Source: Sedimentisphaerales bacterium
GTDB lineage: Bacteria; Planctomycetota; Phycisphaerae; Sedimentisphaerales; SM23-30
Assembly (NCBI GenBank): GCA_963666285.1
Contig: OY762711.1
DNA length: 64,000 nucleotides
Direction: 5' to 3' (one strand)
The translations under genes and the position numbers were made by a program. How positions within the stretch are numbered: position 1 is the first letter of the stretch; each line of letters opens with the position of its first letter. The notes beneath the pieces are model-generated. The model did no database searches and was not told the DNA's origin. It saw only the letters and a program-made list of their open reading frames with translations. Positions 53,048 to 64,000 of the stretch are shown piece by piece.

Positions 53048-54049
53048 ATGGCAGTTAAGAGAAAAACAAAAATCAGTCTTTTGCGTGCAGTGATAATGAT
53101 CGTGGCTGCGGGAGTAGCGTATTTCTATTTGTTTCATTATTATAACATAGTGCAGCCGGGAGATTTGTCAAAATGGAATAAAAATGAAAATGGTATCTGG
53201 CTGAGCAGGAACTGGTTCAGGGAGCCGGTGAGTAAGATGACAGATGATGAGCTTGAGGGTAAATTAGCCGAGTTTAAACGAAGGGGGATAAAATATCTTT
53301 ATCCACATGTTTGTCCGATGGATAACAGCGGAGAACTGCCGGAAGTTAATGATGAACAGGTGAGACGTTTTTTGAGGGCGGCAGGTGATTATGGCGATTT
53401 TTTTGAGATAATGCCCTGGGTGGGCGGAAGTTTGAATACGGTCGATTTGTCAAATAAAGAGCAGATGGAAACGTGGAGTAAAGCGGTTAAAGAGCTGGTG
53501 GAAAAGTATGATCTACCGGGAGTGAATGTAAATATTGAGCCTTTGTCGCATGGAGACGAGCTGATATTGTTATGGCTGAAAACATTGCGTGATAAGCTTG
53601 GAGAAGATCGCAAAATTTCCTTTTGCGGGATGAGGTCTGAAACAGAAATTCCGCTTGGAGGAGAATTTGCACTTTGGACGGTGGAAGATTATAAAAAAGC
53701 AGCAGGGTATGTTGACCAGATTACTGTGATGGGGTATGACACCGGTCGCCGTGCATCGTTGAAGTATGTACGATGGGTAAAAAGGCAATTGAAAGATGTG
53801 GTGGATGCAGTTGATGAGGGAGGGGCGGGAAAGTGCAGGCTGCTTTGGGGTGTGCCGACGTATGAGGATAACGCTGATTATTTTGATCCCAAAGCAGAGA
53901 ATATTCGGACGGCATTTTGCGGGCTTCAAGGGGCATTGAAGTCAATCGGGACAGATTCGTGTTTTGATGGAGTCTGTGTATATGCCGGGTGGACGACTGA
54001 TGATAGTGAGTGGGAGATATATGATAAGTGCTGGCTGGGAGCGGATTAG
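53048..54049 (+). CDS. Membrane-anchored GH18-like TIM-barrel protein
   Basis: N-terminal TM segment; GVNVNIEP (degenerate DxDxE) and VDQITVMGYD. Confidence 0.65.
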   Translation: MAVKRKTKISLLRAVIMIVAAGVAYFYLFHYYNIVQPGDLSKWNKNENGIWLSRNWFREPVSKMTDDELEGKLAEFKRRGIKYLYPHVCPMDNSGELPEVNDEQVRRFLRAAGDYGDFFEIMPWVGGSLNTVDLSNKEQMETWSKAVKELVEKYDLPGVNVNIEPLSHGDELILLWLKTLRDKLGEDRKISFCGMRSETEIPLGGEFALWTVEDYKKAAGYVDQITVMGYDTGRRASLKYVRWVKRQLKDVVDAVDEGGAGKCRLLWGVPTYEDNADYFDPKAENIRTAFCGLQGALKSIGTDSCFDGVCVYAGWTTDDSEWEIYDKCWLGAD

Positions 54050-54129
54050 ATTAGGGTTGCTAAAACTGGCAGGTCCAGTTATGATGTAGTTTTGCAGATA
54101 TGCCAGAAAGTGCTAGAAACAGAGGTAGA

Positions 54130-54711
54130 ATGATGTCAGATAAAAAGACAAACGGCGTGGATAAGAAGCGGATTGAAGCTGCTGTGCGTGAGATATTGAT
54201 TGCGATAGGTGAGGATCCTGACCGTGAGGGCTTGCAGGCGACGCCAGAGCGGGTTGGGCGAATGTATGAGGAGCTTTTCGGCGGGCTGCATTCCGACCCT
54301 AAAGAGCATGTTGGAAAGGTTTTTACCGAGCAGTATGATGAGATCGTATTGTTGAAGGATATTCCGTTCCATAGTATGTGTGAGCATCATATGCTGCCGT
54401 TTATGGGTACTGCACATATAGCGTATTTGCCGAGAGGGCGTGTGCTTGGCGTTAGTAAGCTGACTCGTATATTGAGCTGCTTTGCGTTGAGGCCGCAGGT
54501 TCAGGAGCGGCTGACGAACCAGATAGCACAGTTTATTATGGATGAGGTTGATGCACGCGGGGTAGCGGTAGTAATTGAAGCTACCCATACTTGCATGACT
54601 ATCAGGGGGGTAAAGAAGCCTGGAGCGGTAATGGTGACATCTTCGATGTTAGGGACGTTCAGGAGCGACCCACGCAGCCGGGCTGAGGTAATGAGCCTGA
54701 TCAAGGGCTAG
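54130..54711 (+). CDS. folE: GTP cyclohydrolase I
   Basis: [31 protein letters not shown] and HTCMTIRGV. Confidence 0.96.
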   Translation: MMSDKKTNGVDKKRIEAAVREILIAIGEDPDREGLQATPERVGRMYEELFGGLHSDPKEHVGKVFTEQYDEIVLLKDIPFHSMCEHHMLPFMGTAHIAYLPRGRVLGVSKLTRILSCFALRPQVQERLTNQIAQFIMDEVDARGVAVVIEATHTCMTIRGVKKPGAVMVTSSMLGTFRSDPRSRAEVMSLIKG

Positions 54712-55191
54712 AGGCAGTATATAGCCTGGGCATGGTGTTAATATAGGAAGTGTGTGTTGGTGATGTTAAGGTTTTTGGTTTAAAATGAGTAGAGTTTGCG
54801 GATTATGATGCCGTGTGAGAGTAAAAATTTTGCATGTTGTTTTTTTAAGCATTATAGTGAACCATTTACCTTGACAGTGCTAGTGAGGTTTTATTAAAAT
54901 AAATTTACATTCAGGAGTTAATCTTGTATTTCTCCTATAATAGAGAAATCTCTGAGTAGAATATCTTTCTGTTTAAGAATTAGTGAAGTTTAAGATTTTA
55001 AGGAAACCTTTATCAGGATTTTTGTTCATGCAACAAGAGCAATTTCCATAGGTGTCCTTGAGGATTTTTTTGATATTATCCTGATAATATTTCCGGGTAG
55101 TATTTTAAAAAAGATTCTTGCAGGAAGTTATTGTTACGCGTTATGCGTTTGTTTTTTTTAATTGAAATTTGTTTTGAAGAGGATCGAAAAG

Positions 55192-56133
55192 ATGAGAAAA
55201 CTGATTTTGTGTTTGATGGCTTTAGGAATTTCAGCCGCGAGTGTAAATGCATCGACAATGGCCTACTGGCGTTTTGAAGATGGTGCAGCAGGTACCCAGG
55301 TAACACACGGCGGCGCATCTGATGGTGTGTATTATGAGGGTGTTACGGATAGTTCGGGCAATGGAAATGGCTTGTCAGTCTGGGCAGAAGGCTGGGCCGG
55401 TTTCGAGTACAGGTCAAGTGTTGGAATAGACACAATTACATCAACAGGCGAAGATAATAATTACAGTGTAAAGAATTCAGGTTCATATCCTGCAATGTTT
55501 ACAGAAACCGGTTCTGCACTGCAGACATGGTCTCCAAGTGAATGGACAATTGAGGCGTCGTTCAAGCTGGAGAATGGCGGGCATAAAACTATTGTTGGAC
55601 GTGACAGTTGGGGCGCAAATGCCGGCAATCAGGACCTGGCTGCTTTATATTTGCAGGCAGTACCAGATAATGGTCTTGCGATCAAATATTGTGACGTTTC
55701 AGGTGTATGGCATGAAGCAATATCCGCTACAAATATCTTTGTAGGTTTTGACTGGGCATCTGATCCTGATGGCACAGATGCTCCATGGTATAGCGTTGCA
55801 GCAACGTGTGATGGTTCTACATTGTCACTTTACCTGACAGATATGAGTACAGGTGTCTGGAATCTGATAGCTCAGACCGACCTAACACTAAGCGGCAGTG
55901 CTGACACAGCACTTTCAGCGGGTGCCGGTGACGGCGGTGACTGGGACGCCGGTAATTTCTCAATAGGTCGCGGTCTTTATGCCGGTAATCATGGCGATAG
56001 AGCTTATGGTTATATTGATGAAGTTCGTCTAAGTGATGCTGCTTTGACAGTAGATGAATTCCTGGTACCTGAGCCAACAACAATGGCTCTGCTGGGTCTT
56101 GGTGCACTGGCAGCGTTAAGAAGGCGCAAATAG
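55192..56133 (+). CDS. LamG-like domain protein with PEP-CTERM sorting signal
   Basis: Signal peptide, AYWRFE, GYIDEVRLSD and VPEPTTMALLGLGALAALRRRK. Confidence 0.9.
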   Translation: MRKLILCLMALGISAASVNASTMAYWRFEDGAAGTQVTHGGASDGVYYEGVTDSSGNGNGLSVWAEGWAGFEYRSSVGIDTITSTGEDNNYSVKNSGSYPAMFTETGSALQTWSPSEWTIEASFKLENGGHKTIVGRDSWGANAGNQDLAALYLQAVPDNGLAIKYCDVSGVWHEAISATNIFVGFDWASDPDGTDAPWYSVAATCDGSTLSLYLTDMSTGVWNLIAQTDLTLSGSADTALSAGAGDGGDWDAGNFSIGRGLYAGNHGDRAYGYIDEVRLSDAALTVDEFLVPEPTTMALLGLGALAALRRRK

Positions 56134-56164
56134 TCTTTTAAGGCAAAAAAACGTACGATTAAAT

Positions 56165-56200
56165 AAGCAGGCGGCTCTTTTGGGGCTGTCTGCTTTTTTT
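56165..56200 (+). terminator. Intrinsic terminator
   Basis: aagcaggcggctc-tttt-ggggctgtctgc followed by a T run. Confidence 0.85.
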
Positions 56201-56560
56201 ATGGGTTGGTAATGAGTGTTAGTAGAGGTTTGGAGCGGTAAGCAATTTATCTCCTGTGGAAGAATTTAATATGCTATTACATAAAAAATAAATACACAAA
56301 TGAAATTTAATGATATGATAAATGTTTGTGTAATTTGAGATTTTTTAGTAATTGCATCTTAATATGACAAAACAATATGTCTATGCTTTAACATGATAGT
56401 TAAGTTTATGAATATATATTATTACTCCATGAAGAGTTAAGTTTTTTCTCAAGTTTGTTTTATTGTTGTCGCATGTATGCAACAGTACAATTCTATATAT
56501 TACTCCTGGTGTTGTATTAGGAAATTATTTAGATAAAAGTATAACCTGCAGGGAGCTAAG

Positions 56561-57031
56561 ATGACGGTGAAAAAGATAAAGATAAAGAAAAAGGCAATTA
56601 TTATCTTGATGTTTGTTGTGGTGTTCATGCCGTTACCATTGAGTGAAAGGACGCTAATGTATGTAATGGATTTCTCTCTGGATGCGGTAATAAATAATAA
56701 GCCAGTTTTGACAATAAGAGGGTATGAAAGGTTCATAGAAGACTACGATATAGAAAATAATGGAAAATTGTATTATGTAAATGATATTGGAATATCTGAT
56801 GATATATTTCTAAATCGTAATTTATTAAAACTGCCAGAAAACTATTTTCCTAAATATGAAAAAGGTGAAGCTATAGTTGGTTTTACGTATTTTGATTTTG
56901 AAGGAAATAAAAAGACATTATTGGAATTCAATTATGAATATGGTTTGCTTGCAGGGCAGGGGTATGATGTGGTCATCTATCGGACATTATTTTTTACAGT
57001 TCCTATTTATATACATACTTGGGTTTCTTGA
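56561..57031 (+). CDS. Hypothetical AT-rich membrane-anchored protein
   Basis: GGAG upstream; basic N-terminus plus hydrophobic segment; no recognised motif. Confidence 0.55.
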   Translation: MTVKKIKIKKKAIIILMFVVVFMPLPLSERTLMYVMDFSLDAVINNKPVLTIRGYERFIEDYDIENNGKLYYVNDIGISDDIFLNRNLLKLPENYFPKYEKGEAIVGFTYFDFEGNKKTLLEFNYEYGLLAGQGYDVVIYRTLFFTVPIYIHTWVS

Positions 57032-57099
57032 TCTAAAATTATAATTTTTTCTAATATTCTGCTTGCCTTGTGACGATGAAAAGTATATATTAAATTGAA

Positions 57100-57222
57100 A
57101 TGGAAACTAAAACAGCACAAGTAAAAACATTTTTTAACGGCGTTAACAGTCGCCGTGCAAATGTTTTACGCGCTGAACTCCTTCCTCTCTTTGGTCTCGG
57201 TCTCCTAGCCCTTTTGGGCTAA
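57100..57222 (+). promoter_or_regulatory. Leu-rich leader peptide (putative attenuator) of the leu genes
   Basis: 40 aa ORF METKTAQVKTFFNGVNSRRANVLRAELLPLFGLGLLALLG; 8 of the last 14 codons are Leu; ends ~170 bp upstream of leuA. Confidence 0.78.
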
Positions 57223-57394
57223 TATTAATCAAACCACGAGACATATTTGTAATTCCGCATAGATTTTTGTATATCCGCTTAGGTTCTGGATTTTTAAATC
57301 AGAAGGCGTTATAATACACAGTTCGTTTGTGTCTGATATGCAGAAATGCGGAGCTAGACCAATCATAACCAATTGAAAATATTGGAGATATAAA

Positions 57395-58927
57395 ATGAGC
57401 AGTAATAAGAATAGAGTAGTAATTTTTGACTCGACCTTGAGAGATGCCGAGCAGGCGCCGGGGGCGAGTTTGAATATTCCCGAAAAACTGGAGATAGCAC
57501 AGCAGCTGGCGAGATTGGGAGTTGATGTGATCGAGGCAGGTTTTGCTGTAAGTTCACCGGTGCAGTTTGAGGCTGTAAACCTGATTGCCAAAGAGGTAAA
57601 GGGCCCTGTAGTAGCGTCGCTGGCACGAACAGTGCAGAAGGATATTGATGCCGCGGCAAAGGCACTTGAGCCGGCTGAGAAGAGTCGTATTCATACTTTT
57701 ACCAGTACCTCCCCGGTACATATGGAATATATGCTGAAAAAGACTCCTGCCGAGGTATTGGCCAGTGCAGTTGAGGCGGTGAAGTATGCCAGGAAGTTTA
57801 CTGATGATGTTGAGTTCAGTGCCCAGGATGCTTCGCGAAGTGACCTGATGTTTCTGCGAGAGATAGTAGAAGCGGTGATTGAAGCCGGAGCGACTACGAT
57901 TAATATCCCTGATACTGTAGGATATGCAGTACCGGATAAATTTGCGGCGATGATAGCAGACCTGATTGAGAATGTACCGGGTGGTAAGGATGTAATATTC
58001 AGTACACATTGTCATAACGACCTGGGATTGGCAACGGCAAATTCACTGGCCGGCGTTCATGCCGGTGCTCGTCAGATAGAATGTACGATTAATGGTTTGG
58101 GCGAACGTGCCGGAAACGCATCGCTGGAAGAATGTGCGATGGCGATAAAAGTTCGTCAGGATTTCTATGAATTGTATACCGGGATTAATACAGAAGAGAT
58201 TTATCGTACCAGTCAGATGGTGTCGCGTTTGATGGGTATTGAGGTTCAGCCTAACAAAGCGATTGTAGGTGAGAATGCATTTGCCCATGAGTCAGGAATT
58301 CACGTTGATGGCTTGCTGAAGAACCGTGAGACCTATGAGATTATGACACCTGAATCAGTAGGTGTGACTTCTAATCGTATGGTAATGGGTCGTCATTCCG
58401 GCAAGCATGGTTTCAAGAAACGTTGTGAAGAGTTAGGCTTTGATTTGACAGCCGGTCAGATTGACGAAGCGTTTGAAAAATTCCTGGAGCTGGCAGATAA
58501 GAAGAAGGAAGTCTATGACGAAGATATCTGTTCGATCCTGGAAGTTGGGATGGATACCGCTTACAGTACATATAAGCTGGACTATTTGCAGGTAAGTTCC
58601 GGTTCCGGTACAATACCAAGTGCTACCGTGCGTATAATTCAAGGCGATCAAGTTCTTCAGGCGGCAGCCTGGGGCGACGGCCCGGTTGATGCAGCGTATA
58701 GTGCAATTGAGCAGGCGACCGGTTTGGATGTACACCTGGATAAATACCAGATACGTGCGGTTACAGGAGATTCAGCGGCACAGGGTGAGGCAGTGCTGCG
58801 TATAACCAGTGACGGTAAGATGTTTACCGGTCATGGTGTGAGTACAGATATTGTCGAGGCTTCAGCTAAGGCGTATATAAGTGCTTTGAATCATATGCTG
58901 CGTTTCAATGAGTTGAATAAGAAGTAG
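57395..58927 (+). CDS. leuA: 2-isopropylmalate synthase
   Basis: DSTLRDAEQAPG, HCHNDLG, GERAGN, HESGIH and C-terminal regulatory domain GDGPVDA. Confidence 0.95.
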   Translation: MSSNKNRVVIFDSTLRDAEQAPGASLNIPEKLEIAQQLARLGVDVIEAGFAVSSPVQFEAVNLIAKEVKGPVVASLARTVQKDIDAAAKALEPAEKSRIHTFTSTSPVHMEYMLKKTPAEVLASAVEAVKYARKFTDDVEFSAQDASRSDLMFLREIVEAVIEAGATTINIPDTVGYAVPDKFAAMIADLIENVPGGKDVIFSTHCHNDLGLATANSLAGVHAGARQIECTINGLGERAGNASLEECAMAIKVRQDFYELYTGINTEEIYRTSQMVSRLMGIEVQPNKAIVGENAFAHESGIHVDGLLKNRETYEIMTPESVGVTSNRMVMGRHSGKHGFKKRCEELGFDLTAGQIDEAFEKFLELADKKKEVYDEDICSILEVGMDTAYSTYKLDYLQVSSGSGTIPSATVRIIQGDQVLQAAAWGDGPVDAAYSAIEQATGLDVHLDKYQIRAVTGDSAAQGEAVLRITSDGKMFTGHGVSTDIVEASAKAYISALNHMLRFNELNKK

Positions 58928-59170
58928 ATAATCAAACTAAGATTCGGTTTGAAATAAGTGAAAACAGGAAGTGAAGTTGCGTTATTAGCCTGGCGGCTCA
59001 CTTTTGATTTTAGGCTGATGCCTGGTGAAACTCTCAATGAGTCAGGTTGATCCCTAGCAGATATTATTGTAAGTGAAAGACTAATGACAAATAGTTCAGG
59101 TGCTGTTTAGCGTTCGAACAAAAAATATAAGGTATAAATACCGAACAATATAACAGGAGATCAAATTACG

Positions 59171-60436
59171 ATGCCAATGACAATAACTGAAAAAATCTTT
59201 GCTGCACATTGCGGCGAAAATGAAGTTAAGCCGGGTCAGTTAATTGAAGCGGAAGTTGACATAATGATGTGTCACGATGTGACAACACCGCCAGCGATTT
59301 CAATGCTAAAGAATGCCGGAATCCCTCCGATTTTCGATCCGGACAGAATTGTAGCTACCCCTGACCATTTCCAGCCGGCTAAGGATATTAAATCAGCCGA
59401 GCTGCTGAAGCGTTTTGATACATGGTGCCGGGAGAATAACCTGAAGCATTATTATCCGGTAGGTAAAGCGGGCGTATGTCATGCGCTATTGCCGGAGCAG
59501 GGTCATATTCGTCCGGGTGAGATCATAGTAGGCGGCGACAGTCATACCTGTACTTATGGCGCGTTGGGAGCGTTCAGTTCCGGTGTAGGTTCAACAGATC
59601 TGGCAGCAGCAATTGCAACCGGCAGTTTGTGGTTCCGTGTGCCAGAGAGCATGAAGATCACATTGAAGGGTTCGCTGAAGCATGGCGTATTCAGTAAGGA
59701 TATCGTGCTGGATGTAATCCGCCAGATCGGTACCGATGGTGCCCGTTATATGGCAATGGAATATGTAGGCGATACATTAGCCGAGCTGAGTATGGAATCC
59801 CGAATGACAATTACCAATATGGCAATTGAGGCCGGCGGCAAAAACGCGATTATGGCAGTTGATGATACCGTTCGCGAGTATCTGAAGGGGCGTTTGAAGA
59901 ATGATGCTCCTTATAACGAGTATCAGTCAGACCCTGATGCCGAGTATGCGAGCTTTGTAGAGGTGGATTGTGATAAGCTGGAGCCGCTAGTAGCGTTGCC
60001 GCATCTTCCAAGTAACGGCAAGCCGATTGGCGAAGTAAAAGGCATGGCAATGGACCAATGCTATATAGGCAGCTGTACAAATGGTAGAATCGAGGATCTT
60101 CGCCTGGCAGCTCAGATTATGAAGGGCAAGCAGGTTGCAATTCGTACCATAATTGTGCCAGCAACACCAGATATCTGGGCGGCAGCTTTGAAGGAAGGTC
60201 TGCTGCAGATATTCTACGATGCAGGCTGTGTGGTATCAGCTCCAACTTGTGGTGCGTGTCTGGGTGGCTTTATGGGTGTTCTGGCAGCAGGCGATAAATG
60301 TATCAGCTCGACCAACCGTAACTTTGTTGGTCGTATGGGTCATCCTGAAAGTGAAGTATATCTGGCGAGCCCAGCGACAGCGGCAGCGTCTGCGATCGAA
60401 GGCAAACTTACAGACCCTCGTCCGTACCTGAACTAG
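59171..60436 (+). CDS. leuC: 3-isopropylmalate dehydratase large subunit
   Basis: [23 protein letters not shown] and [11 protein letters not shown]. Confidence 0.95.
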   Translation: MPMTITEKIFAAHCGENEVKPGQLIEAEVDIMMCHDVTTPPAISMLKNAGIPPIFDPDRIVATPDHFQPAKDIKSAELLKRFDTWCRENNLKHYYPVGKAGVCHALLPEQGHIRPGEIIVGGDSHTCTYGALGAFSSGVGSTDLAAAIATGSLWFRVPESMKITLKGSLKHGVFSKDIVLDVIRQIGTDGARYMAMEYVGDTLAELSMESRMTITNMAIEAGGKNAIMAVDDTVREYLKGRLKNDAPYNEYQSDPDAEYASFVEVDCDKLEPLVALPHLPSNGKPIGEVKGMAMDQCYIGSCTNGRIEDLRLAAQIMKGKQVAIRTIIVPATPDIWAAALKEGLLQIFYDAGCVVSAPTCGACLGGFMGVLAAGDKCISSTNRNFVGRMGHPESEVYLASPATAAASAIEGKLTDPRPYLN

Positions 60437-60493
60437 AGTAACGCAAACAGAAGAAATCAAAAAGAACAACTTCATGATTGGAGATGATAAATA

Positions 60494-60976
60494 ATGGCAA
60501 CAGCACATGTATATAAAAGAGATAATGTAAATACAGATGAGATTATTCCGGCACGTTATCTGAACACAGATGATCCGGCAGAGCTAGCGACGCACTGTAT
60601 GGAAGACCTGGATAAAGACTTTATGAACAAATGCAAGCCAGGCGATGTTGTGGTTTGTGGAGATGACTTTGGCTGCGGTTCGAGCCGCGAGCATGCTGTA
60701 TGGGCGATTAAAGGAGCCCAGGTTAAGGCAGTTATAGCCCAGTCGTTCGCACGAATTTTCTTTCGCAATTGCATTAATTGCGGTTTTTATCCGATCGAGC
60801 TGAAAGATGCGGTTAATCTTATAAATGATGGTGATGATATAGATATAGATCTTGTAAACGGAGTTATTAAGAATAACACACAAGGTAAGGATATAAAGTT
60901 CAATCCGCTTCCCGAGTTTGCAATAAACATAATTGACAACGGCGGGCTGTTGAAACACATCAGTAAGAAGCAGTAA
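60494..60976 (+). CDS. leuD: 3-isopropylmalate dehydratase small subunit
   Basis: NVNTDEIIPARY, FGCGSSREHA and SFARIFFRN. Confidence 0.95.
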   Translation: MATAHVYKRDNVNTDEIIPARYLNTDDPAELATHCMEDLDKDFMNKCKPGDVVVCGDDFGCGSSREHAVWAIKGAQVKAVIAQSFARIFFRNCINCGFYPIELKDAVNLINDGDDIDIDLVNGVIKNNTQGKDIKFNPLPEFAINIIDNGGLLKHISKKQ

Positions 60977-61007
60977 TACGATATTAATGGTATGATTGAA
61001 CTTATGG

Positions 61008-61040
61008 GCAGTCTCGGCAAACATCCGGGACTGCTTTTTT
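61008..61040 (+). terminator. Intrinsic terminator after leuD
   Basis: gcagtctcgg-caaacat-ccgggactgc followed by a T run. Confidence 0.85.
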
Positions 61041-61228
61041 ATGCGCTGATAAGAAGGATGGTCGTGAAATGATCGGGTGGGCAAAAGAAAAACAGTCCCA
61101 GAGGTATAGAGCAATTTAATTTTTCATGTTCGCCTTATGCCTGTTGCGGCATAAATCAGATCAGAAAAAAATAAAGTACTCTTGTCTGAGACTGTTTTGG
61201 TATTTGAGTGTGGATGGTATCTGTAAAA

Positions 61229-62794
61229 CTAATCGTTGGTAGTTTTGAGATACTCTTCGGAAGTAACAAGTGAGTCCAGGATTTCCTGCAGCTCTTCCTG
61301 GGTTGTAGCACCGTTAATAACCAGTGCCGGTATAGTTTCAGAACCGGTCCAGATAAGGAAGCCTTGCCGATCTTCTTCAGGGGTGATTGAACAGCTGTCG
61401 AGAACGACTTTAGTCCACCATTTTTCCTGAGGGCCGCCGTGGTAGATGTAGTGTGTATCGCCAGAACTCAGGTAAGCACTTGTTCTGTCAACGTCATCTT
61501 TGAGAAACTGAACAAACATGCCATTGTAAGATTTGCTTTGGATAAGCATTACATGTTTATTGTCATTTTTGTTGAAATAGTCGATAATGAACATGCGATG
61601 TCCGGGGCTAGGCGGGTCAACCACATCATAAATCTTTCGTTCAGTACACCATTCTGGTTTTTTATTGAATACATAGGTTGGATATGCTGCTTTTTCTGCC
61701 ATGTGTTTTACGGTAACGTTATCTACATACATGTCAGAATTCATTGACACAGAAGAATCGGCAGCATTTTCGGTGTCAGCGTCAGCTAAAGTCCAGGAGT
61801 CGCTGTAATTGTCGATCTTTTCAGTGAGTTTGCGTTTGATGGAAATATGCTTGTTATCGGCTATGTAAAACTCCAATTCAGCCAGGCAGTCAGTATCGGC
61901 TTCGACTTTGAAAAGCCAGTAAGTATGTACATTACCATTTAGATCTTCGAAACCAGACCTGAATAGATTAACCTCTCTACCGTCTTCCATGGTATCTTCG
62001 CCGATTTGTTTGAAATTAAATTCACCTTCTCCGCCTTTGACACTCTGGCATATTCCCGCGGTGAACCCGAGGAATTCGGCAGGGGTAAGAGGTGCCCTGA
62101 AACTGTCTTTGGTCGGTTCTTTAATCCTTCTGATCTTACCGTTTTCACTGAAGGCTTCATAGACATCTATACCGTCCCAGGCATTACCCATTATTATTTT
62201 TCCGTCCTTTTCCATAACTCTTTTAAAGAAACCGGTGGTCGGATCGTACCATGCCTGATCGGTAATAGTGTAAGCTTCAGCAGTATCGCGAGCCAGTTTG
62301 AGCTGGTTCATTCTGAATTCACCATCACTTTTCAGGCTGGGGGTAGGCATCCAGTTATGGTTAAACCACAGGTCGGGTCCGGACAGTTTTTTTACATCGA
62401 CATCAGGGGTAAGTACACTTTCTTTGCGGTATTTTTCCGGTAGAGGTAAAACTTTAATTTCGGTAATAATGTGTGTAATGCCGGCGCTATTAAAGAAGGC
62501 ATTTTCAGCCTTACAGACGTTTTCCAGTATATGTAACGGATTGACTGTATTGGTGCCGGTGGAAGGCCAAAACAGGCCGATAGCGATAAGCAGCACAGCG
62601 GCTGCCGCTATATGAGTGATACGATTTTTCATGATACTACTCCATAGGTAGTGAGGCTGCTTTTGTTTTTCGGCTGCCGGCACATACTTTTCGAGCAGCA
62701 ATTTTTCCAGTTGCTCTTTATGCTGATGATTAACATTGTCGTCAAGCGGCAAGCTTATTATAAAATCTTCGAATTGTTTTTCGTTATTAAACAA
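61229..62794 (-). CDS. Probable membrane-anchored anti-sigma factor
   Basis: Overlaps the stop of the ECF gene; short cytoplasmic N-terminus, TM helix IAAAAVLLIAIGLFW and a large C-terminal domain. Confidence 0.65.
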   Translation of the reverse strand: MFNNEKQFEDFIISLPLDDNVNHQHKEQLEKLLLEKYVPAAEKQKQPHYLWSSIMKNRITHIAAAAVLLIAIGLFWPSTGTNTVNPLHILENVCKAENAFFNSAGITHIITEIKVLPLPEKYRKESVLTPDVDVKKLSGPDLWFNHNWMPTPSLKSDGEFRMNQLKLARDTAEAYTITDQAWYDPTTGFFKRVMEKDGKIIMGNAWDGIDVYEAFSENGKIRRIKEPTKDSFRAPLTPAEFLGFTAGICQSVKGGEGEFNFKQIGEDTMEDGREVNLFRSGFEDLNGNVHTYWLFKVEADTDCLAELEFYIADNKHISIKRKLTEKIDNYSDSWTLADADTENAADSSVSMNSDMYVDNVTVKHMAEKAAYPTYVFNKKPEWCTERKIYDVVDPPSPGHRMFIIDYFNKNDNKHVMLIQSKSYNGMFVQFLKDDVDRTSAYLSSGDTHYIYHGGPQEKWWTKVVLDSCSITPEEDRQGFLIWTGSETIPALVINGATTQEELQEILDSLVTSEEYLKTTND

Positions 62795-63401
62795 GGCCTA
62801 CCTCCTTTCGAACTTTATTAGTAAGTTTTTTATTATTGTCGTGTTTGTTCATCAATTTACGCAATTTATCGAGTCCACGGGAAATTCTGCTTCGAGCGGT
62901 AGCTGCGCTGCAGCCGACAATATCGGCAATATCCTCAGATTTCATTTGTTCAAAATAACGTAAAGTGATAACAGTCTGGTAATCTGGTTTTAGTTTAGAA
63001 ATAGCGATTTTCAGATTGAGTAGATTTTGCGAGTTCTGAGAATTATCATTCTCAGTATAACAGTTGGGTGCAGTATGGCTGAGATCTTGCAGAATTTCAT
63101 TTCTGCGTCTGTTTTGTTTGATATAGCTGTTGATCTGGTTGGTCGCGATACGAAACAGCCAGCTGCCGAATTTGCTGTCGTCGCCATTAAACTGGTAAAT
63201 ATTTTCCATGGCTTTAACGAAAACAATAGCAGTAATATCTTCGGCGGTGGAGCGGTCGAATAATCGATGTTGACAATAGCGAAATACCTGGTCGTAATGA
63301 CGGCGGTAAAGTTCGATAAAAGCCTGCCGATTGCGTTTGGCACGATCAACCAGTGACCGGTCTGAAATTTTCAATTGTGGAGAGGCCTCTCCGTCTGACA
63401 T
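62787..63401 (-). CDS. ECF sigma-70 factor
   Basis: AFIELYRRHY, AEDITAIVF, SWLFRIATN and EDIADIVGCSAATARSRISRG. Confidence 0.92.
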   Translation of the reverse strand: MSDGEASPQLKISDRSLVDRAKRNRQAFIELYRRHYDQVFRYCQHRLFDRSTAEDITAIVFVKAMENIYQFNGDDSKFGSWLFRIATNQINSYIKQNRRRNEILQDLSHTAPNCYTENDNSQNSQNLLNLKIAISKLKPDYQTVITLRYFEQMKSEDIADIVGCSAATARSRISRGLDKLRKLMNKHDNNKKLTNKVRKEVGLV

Positions 63402-63631
63402 AATTTATACTCGCACTATTTTCAATTACTCATAATATATTGTAAATACATTATACGTAAAAGGTTAAGGATACTTAACTTACTTCTTTTTAGAAGTACC
63501 ATCTGTTACCGTAAATAATAACTGTCAAAAGGTAAAAATGCGGCAATAAATATAGAAAAAACAGAAAAATATCAAATAAGAGGCCTTTTAGCGATTTTTT
63601 CAACTTAAAAACTACGAAAATCAGGATGTGA

Positions 63632-64000
63632 TTATTTAATGTTTTTAAGGAATTCGACGAGTTTAATCTGGTTACGGCATCGCAGGATATTGTGGGTGTT
63701 GCTGCAGACCTTGAAATAAGTATCTCCGTTCAGGTAATCAGTCAAGAATCTGCATGCCAGAATATAGGTCATATACATGCCGCCAAACAGCAGGTGGTCT
63801 GTTTCGCATTTAGTGAGATAATCTTTGCCGCCGTCGATAAACCCTTCGATAATAGCTTCAATCATATCGAGTCTGAACATTTCATCAGGCAGTTCCATGT
63901 TTCTATCGTTATAAAAAGATGTGAGAGTAGACCTGATGATATCACCAATATCGTACATTACGATACCAGGCATAACGGTATCCAGGTCAATAACACAAAC
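63632..64000 (-). CDS. Aminoglycoside-phosphotransferase-family kinase, 3' part only (runs off the window)
   Basis: VCVIDLDTVMPG..YDIGDIIRS and RFLTDYLNGDTYFK. Confidence 0.85.
   Translation of the reverse strand, partial: VCVIDLDTVMPGIVMYDIGDIIRSTLTSFYNDRNMELPDEMFRLDMIEAIIEGFIDGGKDYLTKCETDHLLFGGMYMTYILACRFLTDYLNGDTYFKVCSNTHNILRCRNQIKLVEFLKNIK

Noticed and set aside
58928..59170. Riboswitch in the leuA-leuC spacer
   Set aside because: A hairpin with ctctca...caggt is present, but I could not match a complete known aptamer.

Overview
This looks like a bacterial chromosome segment from a planctomycete, probably class Phycisphaerae. That is inferred from several prepilin-like proteins, dockerin-like C-terminal tags, a PEP-CTERM protein, an ECF sigma factor with a long extension and an elongated SecA. 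The flanks hold housekeeping genes (pyruvate:ferredoxin oxidoreductase, secA, ftsK, folE, yciH, leuA-leuC-leuD with a Leu-rich leader peptide), glycan-use genes (GH3, GH67, XylR-type regulator, GH18-like) and large secreted proteins. The centre (about 41.2-51.0 kb) is an accessory hot spot. It contains an IS701-like element inserted into a repeat, a ~1.5 kb nested imperfect palindrome, and two ~350 bp direct repeats that each carry a perfect sigma-54 promoter motif. These repeats enclose AT-rich orphan Rhs toxin/immunity-like cassettes, and an AT-rich Ser/Thr kinase with an SSB-like tail follows. The most striking element is a 719-nt ORF-less group II intron (47430-48148). It sits just after an SD-like motif plus ATG, its EBS1/EBS2 pair with that signal, it is stop-free in the host frame, and its domain VI carries a replacement Shine-Dalgarno and ATG in the same phase as the downstream exon. 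All calls come from reading the sequence by eye; no searches or folding programs were run.
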